DNA of 64,000 nucleotides. Origin: an uncultured virus (IMG/VR IMGVR_UViG_3300010885_088079) (lineage: Duplodnaviria > Heunggongvirae > Uroviricota > Caudoviricetes). Shown here one piece after another: positions 27,881 through 38,193 of the stretch. The notes beneath the pieces were generated by a model. That model did not search any database and had not been told where the DNA came from. It was given only the letters and a program-made list of their open reading frames with translations. The position numbers and the translations under genes are program-made. The stretch lies in the IMG/VR virus record IMGVR_UViG_3300010885_088079; one strand, given 5' to 3'. Position 1 is the first letter of the stretch; every line of letters starts with the position of its first letter.

Positions 27881-29017
27881 TCATTCTTTTGGTACTCTTA
27901 ACAATTTAGTGCCTAACTTCCTAAGTTTTAACTCTCTAACTTTGTCGTAAGACACGATTTCAAAAGACTCGCCGGTTGAAGGAAGCGAATCCCTATCAAC
28001 CTCTGGAAGCAACTTTTCGATCTTAGAGGAAACAATCTTAAAGAGATCATTTCTCCAGTTAAAAGGACTTCCGTTAATTAATATAGTAGAAAACGTAAAA
28101 ATATGATTATTTTTAACACAAGGAAACAAGTCCTCTAATTCATAGTCCTTTTGTAAAAAGTACCTCGGACGTTCGTCAAAAGAGATACAAGGACATCTAG
28201 CCATAAGGGAAAAATAGGACAAATAGCCAAAGAAATCTAGGCAAAGACCGGTAGCTCTCATTGCAGGTAAAACCCTAGAAATATCGTTTTCTCTAAAAAA
28301 TATGCATTTATTGTTTGTTTCTTCTTGTAAGTTATATGAAAGATAATTTTGCCACACCACGGGTGTGCAGTTGTTTGAAACCAAATAAGAAATAAGCTCC
28401 TGCCAAAAGTCTTTACTCAAAGGTGTAATTTGTGCCTTGCCATTATTCCATCTATTAAAAGTAAATGATGGGTGTATAAAAACCTTATAGCCAGGATAGG
28501 TTGAAAGATCCTTCAGAAACTCTCTTCCAAGAACAGCAGATGAAGCGACAAACGGCAAAAACCTTTCAACAGATTTGAACTTATCAAAAAAGTTATCTCT
28601 AAATCCATTGATATAGAATTCTGAGAAAGACTTGGGGTTTATGACATCTCGAAAAAATTCATTTAGGTTTCTTGAAAAGATAGTATTTAAATCAGTATCG
28701 TTAGAAAAACCGTCCGCCCCCTCATAGAACCTTTTAACCTGTGAGAAGTCGTTGATAGACCAATACTCATCAACGTAGGGAAATAAACTCTGCATTCCGG
28801 GCCAAGATGCTAATACAAAGTACTTAGAAGACTTAAACTGCTTCCTATAGCTCGAAAGCAAAAAGGAAGAAAGAACAAAAGAACTTCTTATATCCCCAAA
28901 AAAAGGAAGGATGCTAATTCCAGAAAAGTCGGTGGGTATCCTTCTTTCCTCAAACCTTTCTCTGTTAAAGCCGTTTCTATCGGCAGCTCTTTTTAAAAAG
29001 TCAGCAACTGAATTCAT
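27881..29017 (-). CDS. GT9 (heptosyltransferase)-like fold protein
   Basis: GDI...PYVDE.W and FIHP motifs; appears related to the neighbouring gene. Confidence 0.55.
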   Translation of the reverse strand: MNSVADFLKRAADRNGFNRERFEERRIPTDFSGISILPFFGDIRSSFVLSSFLLSSYRKQFKSSKYFVLASWPGMQSLFPYVDEYWSINDFSQVKRFYEGADGFSNDTDLNTIFSRNLNEFFRDVINPKSFSEFYINGFRDNFFDKFKSVERFLPFVASSAVLGREFLKDLSTYPGYKVFIHPSFTFNRWNNGKAQITPLSKDFWQELISYLVSNNCTPVVWQNYLSYNLQEETNNKCIFFRENDISRVLPAMRATGLCLDFFGYLSYFSLMARCPCISFDERPRYFLQKDYELEDLFPCVKNNHIFTFSTILINGSPFNWRNDLFKIVSSKIEKLLPEVDRDSLPSTGESFEIVSYDKVRELKLRKLGTKLLRVPKE

Positions 29018-29018
29018 T

Positions 29019-30176
29019 TTACCTCCAAGACTCCTGTTTCTGGAGCATGTTTTTTATCACACCAGGATTCTCCACAGGGCCTATGATATCGTCCCAATTA
29101 TTCGACTCTAGATCGCTTATAGCCTGATCTAGGTACTTAAAAGCTATAGATTCATTCTCAGCAATGTTCTTATATTGTGCTAGAATTAGCTTCCTTTTGT
29201 TAAAGTCAGATGTAAGGGCAATTCTTAAGCCCTCTTGACCATTACCTACTATTTGGTCAGGAGACTCAAACAATATCCAAGGAGTGTCAACCATGGATGC
29301 TAGTCTTGTAGAAGCAGTCCAAAACTGCACGGTGAACTTCAATTTTGATATTAATGCTAATGTAAGTTCCAATTTTGAAGCATCTTCAGTAACGCTAAAG
29401 TCTGTTACATCAGAAACAGGACATGGAAGAATGCTCTGTTTCTCTCCTAGCCAGATTGGATCATACCCTTTTGATCTAAGAAAGTTTATAAGTTCAACAT
29501 AAAAGTCTTTACTTAAGTTTCTGCCCCAACAGGCTCTTCCTCTTGCGAAAATACCGACTGAATTTGTTTTTAAGTACTTTGCTACATGGTCCAAACAATC
29601 TTTACTAGGCGAAGGGATCTTGATAGCTTTTGACTTATTGCTCTTTACATCATTAAGTATTCCCCATTCTGTGTCGCTAGATCCGCACTTAGTACAAGGA
29701 AGTTTAGATTTATACCAAACATTACCACAAGACTTGCATTTATTCTGGAAGCATATGGCCGAGAAGTGATAATGGTTACACAGCCTGCCGTACTTTGAAA
29801 GGCTCTTCTCTAAATTAACAATGTTCTTTGAGCTGTTTTTAAGTCCATTTGAATACTCCCTCATCCATTGATACTCTTTTTTAACGCCCCAAAATTCATC
29901 GACCAAGTGTCTATAAAGATACTCCCTGCCATGCCAACCGACACAAATGGTATAATAATTGGTGTCTTGAACGATTCTAGGTATGCAATACATCAAAGCC
30001 ATAGACTCACAGCCAAACTCACCAAAACAGCTTATAAACAGAATATCCTTCTTGTCAGAAGGAGGTTGTCTGCTGGTGAATTTGAATTTATCGAATTTTA
30101 TATCGCTAAGGACCTTTTCTTCTTCTCTAGGAGAGCCACACCCCAGATTTCTTAGGGTCCGTTTAATTAGTTTCAT
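29019..30176 (-). CDS. GT9 (heptosyltransferase)-like protein with Zn-ribbon insert
   Basis: GEFG.E, LELTLALISK...TAS.RLAS.V.TP; CKSC...CTKC. Confidence 0.6.
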   Translation of the reverse strand: MKLIKRTLRNLGCGSPREEEKVLSDIKFDKFKFTSRQPPSDKKDILFISCFGEFGCESMALMYCIPRIVQDTNYYTICVGWHGREYLYRHLVDEFWGVKKEYQWMREYSNGLKNSSKNIVNLEKSLSKYGRLCNHYHFSAICFQNKCKSCGNVWYKSKLPCTKCGSSDTEWGILNDVKSNKSKAIKIPSPSKDCLDHVAKYLKTNSVGIFARGRACWGRNLSKDFYVELINFLRSKGYDPIWLGEKQSILPCPVSDVTDFSVTEDASKLELTLALISKLKFTVQFWTASTRLASMVDTPWILFESPDQIVGNGQEGLRIALTSDFNKRKLILAQYKNIAENESIAFKYLDQAISDLESNNWDDIIGPVENPGVIKNMLQKQESWR

Positions 30177-30351
30177 TCTTTGCCCTGAACATCTTGACCT
30201 TGTTGCCACATCTGGGACAAAGGAACTGTCTAGGCTTGCCGCATTTGGAGCAAGAAGACACTACCTCTTTAAGGTCATCCAATTCGTCAGAACGACCTTT
30301 AGATAGCCTAAGCCAGGAGCAAAAGTTGCATCTTAAAATAAAGTTAGCCAC
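30163..30351 (-). CDS. small zinc-ribbon protein
   Basis: Three CxxC pairs. Confidence 0.6.
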   Translation of the reverse strand: MANFILRCNFCSWLRLSKGRSDELDDLKEVVSSCSKCGKPRQFLCPRCGNKVKMFRAKNETN

Positions 30352-30371
30352 TAATTATAAGAGTAAACATA

Positions 30372-31502
30372 TTATTTCTTTATTATTTTGAATACTCTTT
30401 TTAGCTCTCTATCATTTAAGCATTCCCAAAGCTTATCGCGGGAAGAATCCTCGCTATCGTTGTCTAATGACAAGCTTCCAAGATTAAAATAATATGCACC
30501 TTTTCCTAGTTTTCCCCCTCCTCCGCCGTAACTACCGCCTAGCTCTTTGCAAAGGGACGGGACAGCCAAAGCAGCGTTGGTGCTTCTAACACACCCTTCA
30601 ACCCGAACACCATCAACTATAGCAAATGCGACAGATGTCTCTACGTTTTCCCAAGAAAGCATCTCATCCGCTACAATTGCAATCAAATCTCGGTTACTAC
30701 TTGTTATAAAACCTATACCATGAATCAAGACTCCATCTTTTATTCTATCATGAGCTTTTTGTGCAACATTTGCTCTGGCTTGAACCCAATCTCTAGGGTG
30801 TTTAAATTTTGTTATCTGTTTAAGTGCAACCGGATTGCGAAAGTTGAAAAGTTCGCTATAAGCTTTGTGATCTATTTCAGAGGTGTCATCAGAAGTTTGA
30901 TAATCTGTATCTATTATAATTCCAACAAGCAAAGCAGTGGCAACCTTTGAGTCGTTATCATTGTCCTCTTCAAAAGATAAGCCATGTTGTTTGATAAGCT
31001 GATAAACCGTAGAGCAAGCACTCCCTGCCTTAAGATTTAAATAAAGTCCTTTAAAAGAATTGCTAGGTGCTTCTTTATGGTGGTCTATAACCAAATCAAA
31101 GGAAATATTAGGAGGACATGCAGCATGAGATGGAATTACATCAATAGAAACTTTAATGTCATAAGAAGACGGATCGCACTCAGTGTACAACTTCAAATCT
31201 GGGTCTAGCAGATTCACCATTCTTTGGTTTTGTGGATGAGATATTATTCCATCGTAAAAGCAATCTACTTCTAAATTCTCATAAGATTTTTTAAGCATCC
31301 AAGCAAAACCCATAAGACCACCAACAGCATCTGGGTCTGGTGAGGGGTGCGTAAAAACGGCAACCTTGACATGGCCTCTTTCACACACAACTTTGCTAAT
31401 CTTATCAGACAAGAATTTATGACACCTAGAAACAGTTGTTTCTCTTATCTTCTTTTTAGGTCTTTCTTTTATAGAGATTCCAGATTCTTCTTCCTTCTTC
31501 AT
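30372..31502 (-). CDS. DHH/DHHA1 family phosphoesterase (NrnA-like)
   Basis: HPSPDPDA, IDHH, GI..DT, GGGG; start set at ATG 31502. Confidence 0.9.
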   Translation of the reverse strand: MKKEEESGISIKERPKKKIRETTVSRCHKFLSDKISKVVCERGHVKVAVFTHPSPDPDAVGGLMGFAWMLKKSYENLEVDCFYDGIISHPQNQRMVNLLDPDLKLYTECDPSSYDIKVSIDVIPSHAACPPNISFDLVIDHHKEAPSNSFKGLYLNLKAGSACSTVYQLIKQHGLSFEEDNDNDSKVATALLVGIIIDTDYQTSDDTSEIDHKAYSELFNFRNPVALKQITKFKHPRDWVQARANVAQKAHDRIKDGVLIHGIGFITSSNRDLIAIVADEMLSWENVETSVAFAIVDGVRVEGCVRSTNAALAVPSLCKELGGSYGGGGGKLGKGAYYFNLGSLSLDNDSEDSSRDKLWECLNDRELKRVFKIIKK

Positions 31503-31912
31503 TTGTCTACCCTGCGAGAGTTCAGCCAACTTCCTAAGCTAGTTCTTTTATTACCTAAGGTAAAATTTATTTTTAAAAGCCAAACATCATTGCTCTGTTT
31601 TTGAATTAAAACAGCTTTAGGTTTAGTTGCTTTTCTAAATAAGTCTCTAAGCTCAGAATCTGTGCAGTTAATTGCATCACAATCTATCTTTCCAACAATA
31701 GACATGGAGCTAGATTGATCCTCTAAAACTAAATCAAAAAGATTATCGCCCAAAATAGAAATTTTTCTTATATCTATTTCTTCTTCACTAAGGCTTAAGC
31801 TTTTGGCTATTATGGGGGCGCCATTTTTAGCAAGGTCAACTTGAACGTAGAGAACAACAGCGATAAGTATCCAAAGACCTAAAATGATAAAATCAAATAC
31901 CCTATTTTGCAT
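31499..31912 (-). CDS. membrane-anchored hypothetical protein
   Basis: N-terminal TM segment; sigma70 promoter upstream. Confidence 0.6.
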   Translation of the reverse strand: MQNRVFDFIILGLWILIAVVLYVQVDLAKNGAPIIAKSLSLSEEEIDIRKISILGDNLFDLVLEDQSSSMSIVGKIDCDAINCTDSELRDLFRKATKPKAVLIQKQSNDVWLLKINFTLGNKRTSLGSWLNSRRVDK

Positions 31913-31918
31913 GGAGCT

Positions 31919-31947
31919 ATTGTAATCAACTAGAAATTCAGTGTCAA
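31919..31947 (-). promoter_or_regulatory. sigma70-like promoter
   Basis: TTGACA-17nt-TACAAT. Confidence 0.7.
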
Positions 31948-32505
31948 CTAAGCAGATTTAGGATCAAACCTGTTGCCCGCTAGTGAATCACTCAATTTGT
32001 CTATTTCATTTTTTAAGGAATCTATCTTGGATTGAACCCCTTCAACCTTTGAATCTTGATCTTTAGAAACTAAAGAATTCAATTTTGATTCAAGTTCATG
32101 TAGTTCTACTTTTAGTTTCTCTAGCTCTTCTATCTCTTTGCCGCCAGACCCCCAGTTTGGAGTTACGTTTAAATCCTGGTCCTTTCCTACAGAATTAGGA
32201 TATACTGGGTTTTGAGAAGTACCTATGGCGTTAACAACGGTCTTTAAAGGATTATTCTCTTCACTCAACGGGTCTGCTTTTCTAGAAAGTATGGCCCAAT
32301 ATTTGGTATCAACTTCATTTAAAGGCTTATCTCTGTCGTAATCGTCTGCTAGATATTGACCAAAAAAGTCTGTACCTCTGTCGGTCTCTTCTTCTCTTTC
32401 TGCTTCTGTGTTAGCAGGCAATGAAGGGGCATTGAAGATGCCTTTTTGTACAGCATTATCCCATATTTTAGCAAACTTGTTAATATCGTCCATCATGTCG
32501 CCCAT
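31948..32505 (-). CDS. coiled-coil hypothetical protein
   Basis: SD GGAGG; C-terminal heptad repeats. Confidence 0.7.
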   Translation of the reverse strand: MGDMMDDINKFAKIWDNAVQKGIFNAPSLPANTEAEREEETDRGTDFFGQYLADDYDRDKPLNEVDTKYWAILSRKADPLSEENNPLKTVVNAIGTSQNPVYPNSVGKDQDLNVTPNWGSGGKEIEELEKLKVELHELESKLNSLVSKDQDSKVEGVQSKIDSLKNEIDKLSDSLAGNRFDPKSA

Positions 32506-32528
32506 AAATAACCTCCAATTAGTTAATA

Positions 32529-33095
32529 CTATATAGGCTCTACCAACAAAGAATCTATTGTCTTTTTATTAAGTCTAACCTCATAAAATTGGTCTAACCA
32601 TCCTTTTTTTGTTCCAGTATAAAGCGTATAACCCCTTAAAAACCTTTTTATGGCGTATTTAGTTGCAAGAGCATAAGGATCACTGAAAAGAGCTTTCTCA
32701 AAATTCTTCTTGCTTGGCGAATAGCTGTTACCGCATCTCAAAAGTATAGTAAATAAAGACCTTCTCATGGATCTTATGGTCCACCAAGCAGAAGGCCTAA
32801 TCCACATAATAGATTTCCTCTGTGTTGGACCGTATTCTGATGGGAAGTCTATATCCACCATATTTTCTAATCTTTCCATAAAACGAGCTACATTGTAGCT
32901 TTTATTAGGGTCGTGAGAAAAGAAAAAAAGATCTAAGTTATAAAGCTGTGGGTGGAATATATCCCTGCAGTAATGCCACTGTGGTATTCTATACTTATCT
33001 CCAGAAAAACCCTTATACCTTGCAAAGCTTCCTGGCTCTGGTCTATACGGTGTTGTTACATATAGCGTTTCATTGAACTTCCTGTTGTTGCTCAT
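32529..33095 (-). CDS. hypothetical protein
   Basis: 188-aa ORF. Confidence 0.65.
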   Translation of the reverse strand: MSNNRKFNETLYVTTPYRPEPGSFARYKGFSGDKYRIPQWHYCRDIFHPQLYNLDLFFFSHDPNKSYNVARFMERLENMVDIDFPSEYGPTQRKSIMWIRPSAWWTIRSMRRSLFTILLRCGNSYSPSKKNFEKALFSDPYALATKYAIKRFLRGYTLYTGTKKGWLDQFYEVRLNKKTIDSLLVEPI

Positions 33096-33567
33096 CCCCT
33101 TCCTTTGTAGGATTTGAATTTAACTTCGACTCCATTCTAAGTTTGTTGCCTGACTTGTCTAGGAACTCATCTAAGTTCGCTATGCCGATTAAGGACCAAT
33201 GGGGATCGTCTAATGGTACGAATTCCTTTTTCGTATAATAGAACGATTCCATTTGGTATTTATACACTTTACTCTCAACTTCTTCAGGTTTCATACCAGA
33301 AAACAGGTCTTGACATATGTCCTTACAAATACGTATAGCATCTTTTTCTGTGGCACAGCCTAATTTCCTCATAACCTGGATGGCTGCATTTACCTTGTTA
33401 TCTTTGTTGTAAAGAAGATCTATTATATCTTTCTTCATCCTGCCGTCTACGAACTCAGCGATAGCAGTGAATCTTGCCATAATGTCTCCCTTTTCAGGAC
33501 GGCAATTTCTGCAATCTCTAAAGTACTGTGTAAAGTTGTTCTCATCTATAACAAGTTCTTGGTTCAT
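33070..33567 (-). CDS. hypothetical protein
   Basis: 165-aa ORF with SD AAGGA. Confidence 0.7.
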   Translation of the reverse strand: MNQELVIDENNFTQYFRDCRNCRPEKGDIMARFTAIAEFVDGRMKKDIIDLLYNKDNKVNAAIQVMRKLGCATEKDAIRICKDICQDLFSGMKPEEVESKVYKYQMESFYYTKKEFVPLDDPHWSLIGIANLDEFLDKSGNKLRMESKLNSNPTKEGDEQQQEVQ

Positions 33568-33609
33568 AATTTTTCCTTTTGCCTATAAATAAGTTAGTTT
33601 CCAATAAAT

Positions 33610-36600
33610 CTAACTACTAAGAACAACAATCCTAATATCGTCCTTCTTGTCAGGGTACTTTTTGACGCCCTTCCATCTAAATCCGCTACTGTTCGATTCA
33701 AGTGTAAAAGTAGCGAATCCATTAGAAGGCGGCTGAAGCCTTATTCTAAGTAGATTGTTTGGAGAAAGCTCCTCGCTCCATCTTTCCCAATCGTCCAACC
33801 AAACTATTATCTTGTTCGATTGCCCTGTGACGTCTTCGGCCTGAATTTGGTAATATTCTGTGCCTTTTTTACTCTTTGTTTTCGTAGCCTTAAGTACCTT
33901 AATCTCTACTGCCCCCACAGCAACGTCTTCTGATGCTTTTAAATTGTTAAAGGTGAGATTGCCCCTATAGTCTGGGCTGTTCTCCAATGGATGTATCCAG
34001 CTAAATCCATAGTACTTATTTTCACAAAAGTCTAAGTTGCTAAGTTCTTCTTCAAGGTTTCCATCAATATCGTGTTTTGATGGATCAAAAGTTGCAAGCG
34101 TTGGACTGTCCTTTGATATGAGCTTATACCTTTCAATGGACTTGTTTCTCTTGTTCCAAAGCGATCTAAAAGCAACTAACCGATTCCAGTTTCTTCTGAC
34201 TTTAACCTTTTTATAGTACTTAACAGTCTCTTTCTCTATGGTCAAACCGCAATCCAAAGTTACTGGGGTGTTTACGACTTTTGCATAAGCTCCTTCATCA
34301 TCTTTATCACACTCAACTCTTTTCTCTATAAATTGGTCGCCGTCTGCATTGTACTTGATCCAATAAGGATCTTCAAAAGGAGAGTCTCCTTTTATATCAC
34401 TAAGCCTTATGCTCTCCTCAGGAAAAAGCTCCTTAAACTCTTCTTCGTACTTTTCTAAAGCAGCAATGTACCTTTTCTTTTTGTCTTCGTTTCTTTTTGA
34501 AAAAAGTTTATAACACTCTGAGAACTTCCACAAAGTGACCGGGTCGCTTTCATTAAAACACCTAAGGCCAATTAAAGGTTTGAGAACGTTGGCATCAGTC
34601 CCAAATCTTTCTAGAAAATCTTCAAACCCACTGAACGGTTGTAGGTCTACTATTCTCTTCGCGGGAGCTTCTCCTACTCCTTTAACGTTGGATAGTCCAA
34701 AGTATATGTCTTCACCTTGAAGATCAAAATTGACCTTTGATCGATTAACTTCTATAGGAAGCACGTTTACATCATGGAGTTTAGCCTCCATTTTGTATTC
34801 TTTTATTTTGTCGCTTAGTGTTTCACAACTAAGTATGCTGGTATAAAACTCGTGGGGATAATGAGACTTTAGATAAAGAAGATATGCAGAGACATAGCTA
34901 TAAGCAACGGCATGGCTATTACTTGTTACTACTCCATTTGGCAAAATAAAGTTGTGTGTTAGGCAGGAAACTTCAAGATCGTACATTTGTCGTTCGCCCA
35001 CGGGCACAACTCGTACAATTTTCCTAGACACCAAACCCCGGGTATTGGAGATTGGAGCATGTTCTGAAAGGTGGTCCACCATTCTAACGTCATTCTTCCT
35101 GTGCTGCTGTGGAAGCAAGACATCTCTAGCCTGGGGAACTTCTTTTTGCACTTCGACATCCAACCATCTTCTCTTCTCTTCGGCATAATTTCCTCCAAAT
35201 TCTTTTTCACAAAGAACAGAAGTCTTATTCAATATAATTTCATGGAGAGGCTTCTGTCCCTCTTGTGTGAGAAACTTATGGTCTAAAGTGCAAACTATTT
35301 TATAGCCATCATCAAATTCTACTTTATAACCTTGTAAGATCCCATGATAGTGAAGATTGACCACTTCCGTTTCTACCGTGTTGCCTAATTCATCGATACA
35401 ATAAACTATGTCCCCTTTTTGAAAATCACAAATTTTCTTAAGTCCTTTAGGCGTAGATATATATGTATCTTGGTGCATAGATTTATTGAAACCATATTCG
35501 CTAAAAGCCTCAATAGCTCGCCAAAGATCTTCAACCTCTTTTTCGTTAACGCCTAAATTCTTTTGGCCGTTACGAACAAACATCTCTTTGTACTTTATGA
35601 AGCTATCTATCTTCTTCTTGCTTATTGCTTTTCGAACAAGCTCGCAATCCTTAAGAGGAATCTCTCCAACCACGTTAAGGATTTTCATGACTTGTTCTTG
35701 ATAAATCATAACCCCATAAGTGTCGCCTAATATGGGTTCTATCAAAGAATGTAGTGAATAATCTTCCCGACCCCTTTTTCTTTCGATGTATCGTTCCTGC
35801 ATCTTCATGTTAAGAGGACCGGGACGATTCAAACTCGTATAAGCAACTAAATCTTCAAATCTGTCCACACCACCATTCTGGCACATGCCTCTTACAGTTT
35901 CACTATCAAACTGAAAGATGCCTTTGAGATCACCGGAGTTTGCCATCTCTAAAGCAACAGAGTCGTTTCGCCAGGCTTTAACGTCTGACCAGTCTGCCTG
36001 TCCCTCTAATGCACAAATACCCTTTAGGTTATGTCTGTTCTTAACTAACTCGCAGCATTTAGCTATCTGTAGCAGATTTGATATAACTAGAAGATCAAAT
36101 TTAACAAGGCCGACCGGCTGAAGGTCTTGGCCGTGCAAGCCCTCAACCCAAGCAGACGCTTGAGGGTTATCTTTTCTTTTTACAAGTGGAACTAGTTCGG
36201 GCAGTGGAGAGTTAGATATTATCAACCCTCCAGCATGAACACCCATTCCTCTATTTCTATTCAGAAGTTTTTTCGCGGACTCAGCTATCTCAGGATATCT
36301 GTCACAATACTTTTTAAGATCAGGATTCAGCTTCATGGCTGAGTCCCAAGTCATAGCCTTGCCTTCATCGTCTTTGGCATCTAAGTTCTTGGTTAAGGCT
36401 AAAATTTCATCACGGCTTTCACCATGAACACGAGCCATGTCTATTAAAGCGGACTTAATCCCGAAGGTAGTATAATTTCCTATGTTGCAAACGTACTCTT
36501 CACCGAAAGTAGAAGGAGCCCAAGTATTTTTTAAATACTCTCTCACAACCGGAATAAAATCTACGTCGATATCGGGATAATCCCCATACTCACATTTAGG

Positions 36601-36843
36601 CTCTTTGTTGATATCAACGCTAGAAACGATACCCAGAAGCCAACAAGTCAGTAAGTTATTCTCATTACTTGGATAAAAAACTTTTCTTTTGTGTAGATCT
36701 AAGAAATAGTTGGACCTATTCTTTGCCTTGATCTCCTCAAGCTCCCACCTAAGCCTTTTATAAAAATTAGGATCATTATCTAGCTTCTTGTTTTTAAGAG
36801 AAGAAACACACAATGCTTCAAGGTCTTCATCTTCTTTTGACAT
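33610..36843 (-). CDS. dnaE: DNA polymerase III alpha, C-terminal part (catalytic palm, fingers, HhH, OB-like), intein-containing
   Basis: PDIDVDF, HAGG, VKFDLL, GIFQF, RPGP, YQEQ, YGFNK|SHAVAY; no PHP domain. Confidence 0.95.
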   Translation of the reverse strand: MSKEDEDLEALCVSSLKNKKLDNDPNFYKRLRWELEEIKAKNRSNYFLDLHKRKVFYPSNENNLLTCWLLGIVSSVDINKEPKCEYGDYPDIDVDFIPVVREYLKNTWAPSTFGEEYVCNIGNYTTFGIKSALIDMARVHGESRDEILALTKNLDAKDDEGKAMTWDSAMKLNPDLKKYCDRYPEIAESAKKLLNRNRGMGVHAGGLIISNSPLPELVPLVKRKDNPQASAWVEGLHGQDLQPVGLVKFDLLVISNLLQIAKCCELVKNRHNLKGICALEGQADWSDVKAWRNDSVALEMANSGDLKGIFQFDSETVRGMCQNGGVDRFEDLVAYTSLNRPGPLNMKMQERYIERKRGREDYSLHSLIEPILGDTYGVMIYQEQVMKILNVVGEIPLKDCELVRKAISKKKIDSFIKYKEMFVRNGQKNLGVNEKEVEDLWRAIEAFSEYGFNKSMHQDTYISTPKGLKKICDFQKGDIVYCIDELGNTVETEVVNLHYHGILQGYKVEFDDGYKIVCTLDHKFLTQEGQKPLHEIILNKTSVLCEKEFGGNYAEEKRRWLDVEVQKEVPQARDVLLPQQHRKNDVRMVDHLSEHAPISNTRGLVSRKIVRVVPVGERQMYDLEVSCLTHNFILPNGVVTSNSHAVAYSYVSAYLLYLKSHYPHEFYTSILSCETLSDKIKEYKMEAKLHDVNVLPIEVNRSKVNFDLQGEDIYFGLSNVKGVGEAPAKRIVDLQPFSGFEDFLERFGTDANVLKPLIGLRCFNESDPVTLWKFSECYKLFSKRNEDKKKRYIAALEKYEEEFKELFPEESIRLSDIKGDSPFEDPYWIKYNADGDQFIEKRVECDKDDEGAYAKVVNTPVTLDCGLTIEKETVKYYKKVKVRRNWNRLVAFRSLWNKRNKSIERYKLISKDSPTLATFDPSKHDIDGNLEEELSNLDFCENKYYGFSWIHPLENSPDYRGNLTFNNLKASEDVAVGAVEIKVLKATKTKSKKGTEYYQIQAEDVTGQSNKIIVWLDDWERWSEELSPNNLLRIRLQPPSNGFATFTLESNSSGFRWKGVKKYPDKKDDIRIVVLSS
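34918..35481 (-). mobile_element. 188-aa mini-intein in dnaE (between YGFNK and SHAVAY)
   Basis: Starts SMHQDTYI; block B TLDHKFLT; block F MYDLEV..HNFI; ends NGVVTSN followed by Ser+1; no in-frame endonuclease. Confidence 0.9.
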
Positions 36844-36847
36844 ATCT

Positions 36848-37054
36848 CTACCAGTGATGGATAATACTTGCTATTACAAAAGCACACGTAATAAAATTGA
36901 CCAATACAATAAAAAACTTGATAAAAAAAGAAACCAAAGCTTCTTGCATGGTCAACACAGGTATGTCAGGTGCATCAGAATCTGTCTTCCCAACTCTATG
37001 GTCTATAGTACGGGCCAAGACCAAAAAGAAACGATATACAAAAGAATTTTCCAT
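36848..37054 (-). CDS. small phage membrane protein (C-terminal ..IIHHW)
   Basis: 68 aa with hydrophobic C-terminus. Confidence 0.65.
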   Translation of the reverse strand: MENSFVYRFFLVLARTIDHRVGKTDSDAPDIPVLTMQEALVSFFIKFFIVLVNFITCAFVIASIIHHW

Positions 37055-37057
37055 AAG

Positions 37058-37129
37058 CTGCTTGGATAAGACTCGAACTTATAACCCGCCGGTTAACAGC
37101 CGGCTGCTCTACCATTGAGCTACCAAGCA
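37058..37129 (-). tRNA. tRNA-Asn(GTT)
   Basis: Acceptor TGCTTGG/CCAAGCA, D-arm GCTCAATGGTAGAGC, anticodon arm GCCGG-CTGTTAA-CCGGC, TTCGA T-loop; CCA not encoded. Confidence 0.95.
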
Positions 37130-37138
37130 ATTTCTTTT

Positions 37139-37167
37139 ATAATAGACTATGGAGGGACAAATGTCAA
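37139..37167 (-). promoter_or_regulatory. sigma70-like promoter for tRNA-Asn
   Basis: TTGACA-17nt-TATTAT about 10 nt upstream of the tRNA. Confidence 0.65.
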
Positions 37168-37170
37168 ATC

Positions 37171-38190
37171 ATGCCCATAAAATTAAATAGAATATTTGCC
37201 CTCCAAAACTTGACCATATCAAGTCCTTTTGGTGGCTGCAAGTTCAAAGATGAAGCATTCAAAAACTCACCATCGTTCAAAATAGTGCCAATTGAAGAAA
37301 CAGTAAATTTTAAAGCACTATCTTCGAACAATTTTGAAGAATATGAAAAGTACATCAAAGAAGCTGAACAGTATGGACGAAGTAAAGAAAAGTTTCTTCA
37401 ACTAGCATCGGACATCAAAAACCTAGAAAGAGTAAAGATAAGTGTGTTTCACTCTTTAGAATTAGATAAATTTGTAATAATAGATGGACTTCATAGAATC
37501 TGCGTGTGTATAAACAATAGGTTGGTAACCGATCAGTTGAAGGAAAATAATTTTGATTTGTATTTTGATCGTCTTTCAATAGACTTTGTAGAAAAAGAAA
37601 TAAAAAAAACTTGTGGAAAGTCCGACCAAACTAATCCGTGGTTCAACAGAACAGAAAATGGGTATCATTCTTTTAACATTGGAAACATAAACCTTAAAGG
37701 ACAAAGAACACCAAAGAAAAGAATAGAAAGTCTAAAAAAATATTACAACTTCGAAGGCAAGACAGTGCTAGATCTAGGATGCAACAATGGAGGAATGCTA
37801 TTTCACTTGACTGAGATCAAAAGAGGTGTTGGTTTAGAATTTGACAAAAGATGTATAGATTGTGCAAACCAACTTAAAAAGATATTTCAATTTACGTACA
37901 ATCTTGAATTTCAAAAAAAAGACTTGAATCTGCCGCTTGACATAAAAGAAGAGTTCGATGTAGCTTTCCTGTTTTCTTTAGGATCATGGATTAAAAACTG
38001 GCGTGGCTTGTATCTTAACGTCTCTAGGATTGCAAAAACAATATTTTTAGAAACAAACAATGATAAAGAGGGATACGAACAATTAAAATATATGAATGAT
38101 TTAGGATTCAAAATCAACATGGTGTCAGACAATTCCAAAGATGATAACACAGGAAATTTTGGAAGAAAAACGTATATGTTAAATAGATAA
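37171..38190 (+). CDS. ParB/Srx-like domain fused to class I SAM methyltransferase
   Basis: IIDGLHR; VLDLGCNNG. Confidence 0.75.
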   Translation: MPIKLNRIFALQNLTISSPFGGCKFKDEAFKNSPSFKIVPIEETVNFKALSSNNFEEYEKYIKEAEQYGRSKEKFLQLASDIKNLERVKISVFHSLELDKFVIIDGLHRICVCINNRLVTDQLKENNFDLYFDRLSIDFVEKEIKKTCGKSDQTNPWFNRTENGYHSFNIGNINLKGQRTPKKRIESLKKYYNFEGKTVLDLGCNNGGMLFHLTEIKRGVGLEFDKRCIDCANQLKKIFQFTYNLEFQKKDLNLPLDIKEEFDVAFLFSLGSWIKNWRGLYLNVSRIAKTIFLETNNDKEGYEQLKYMNDLGFKINMVSDNSKDDNTGNFGRKTYMLNR

Positions 38191-38193
38191 ACT

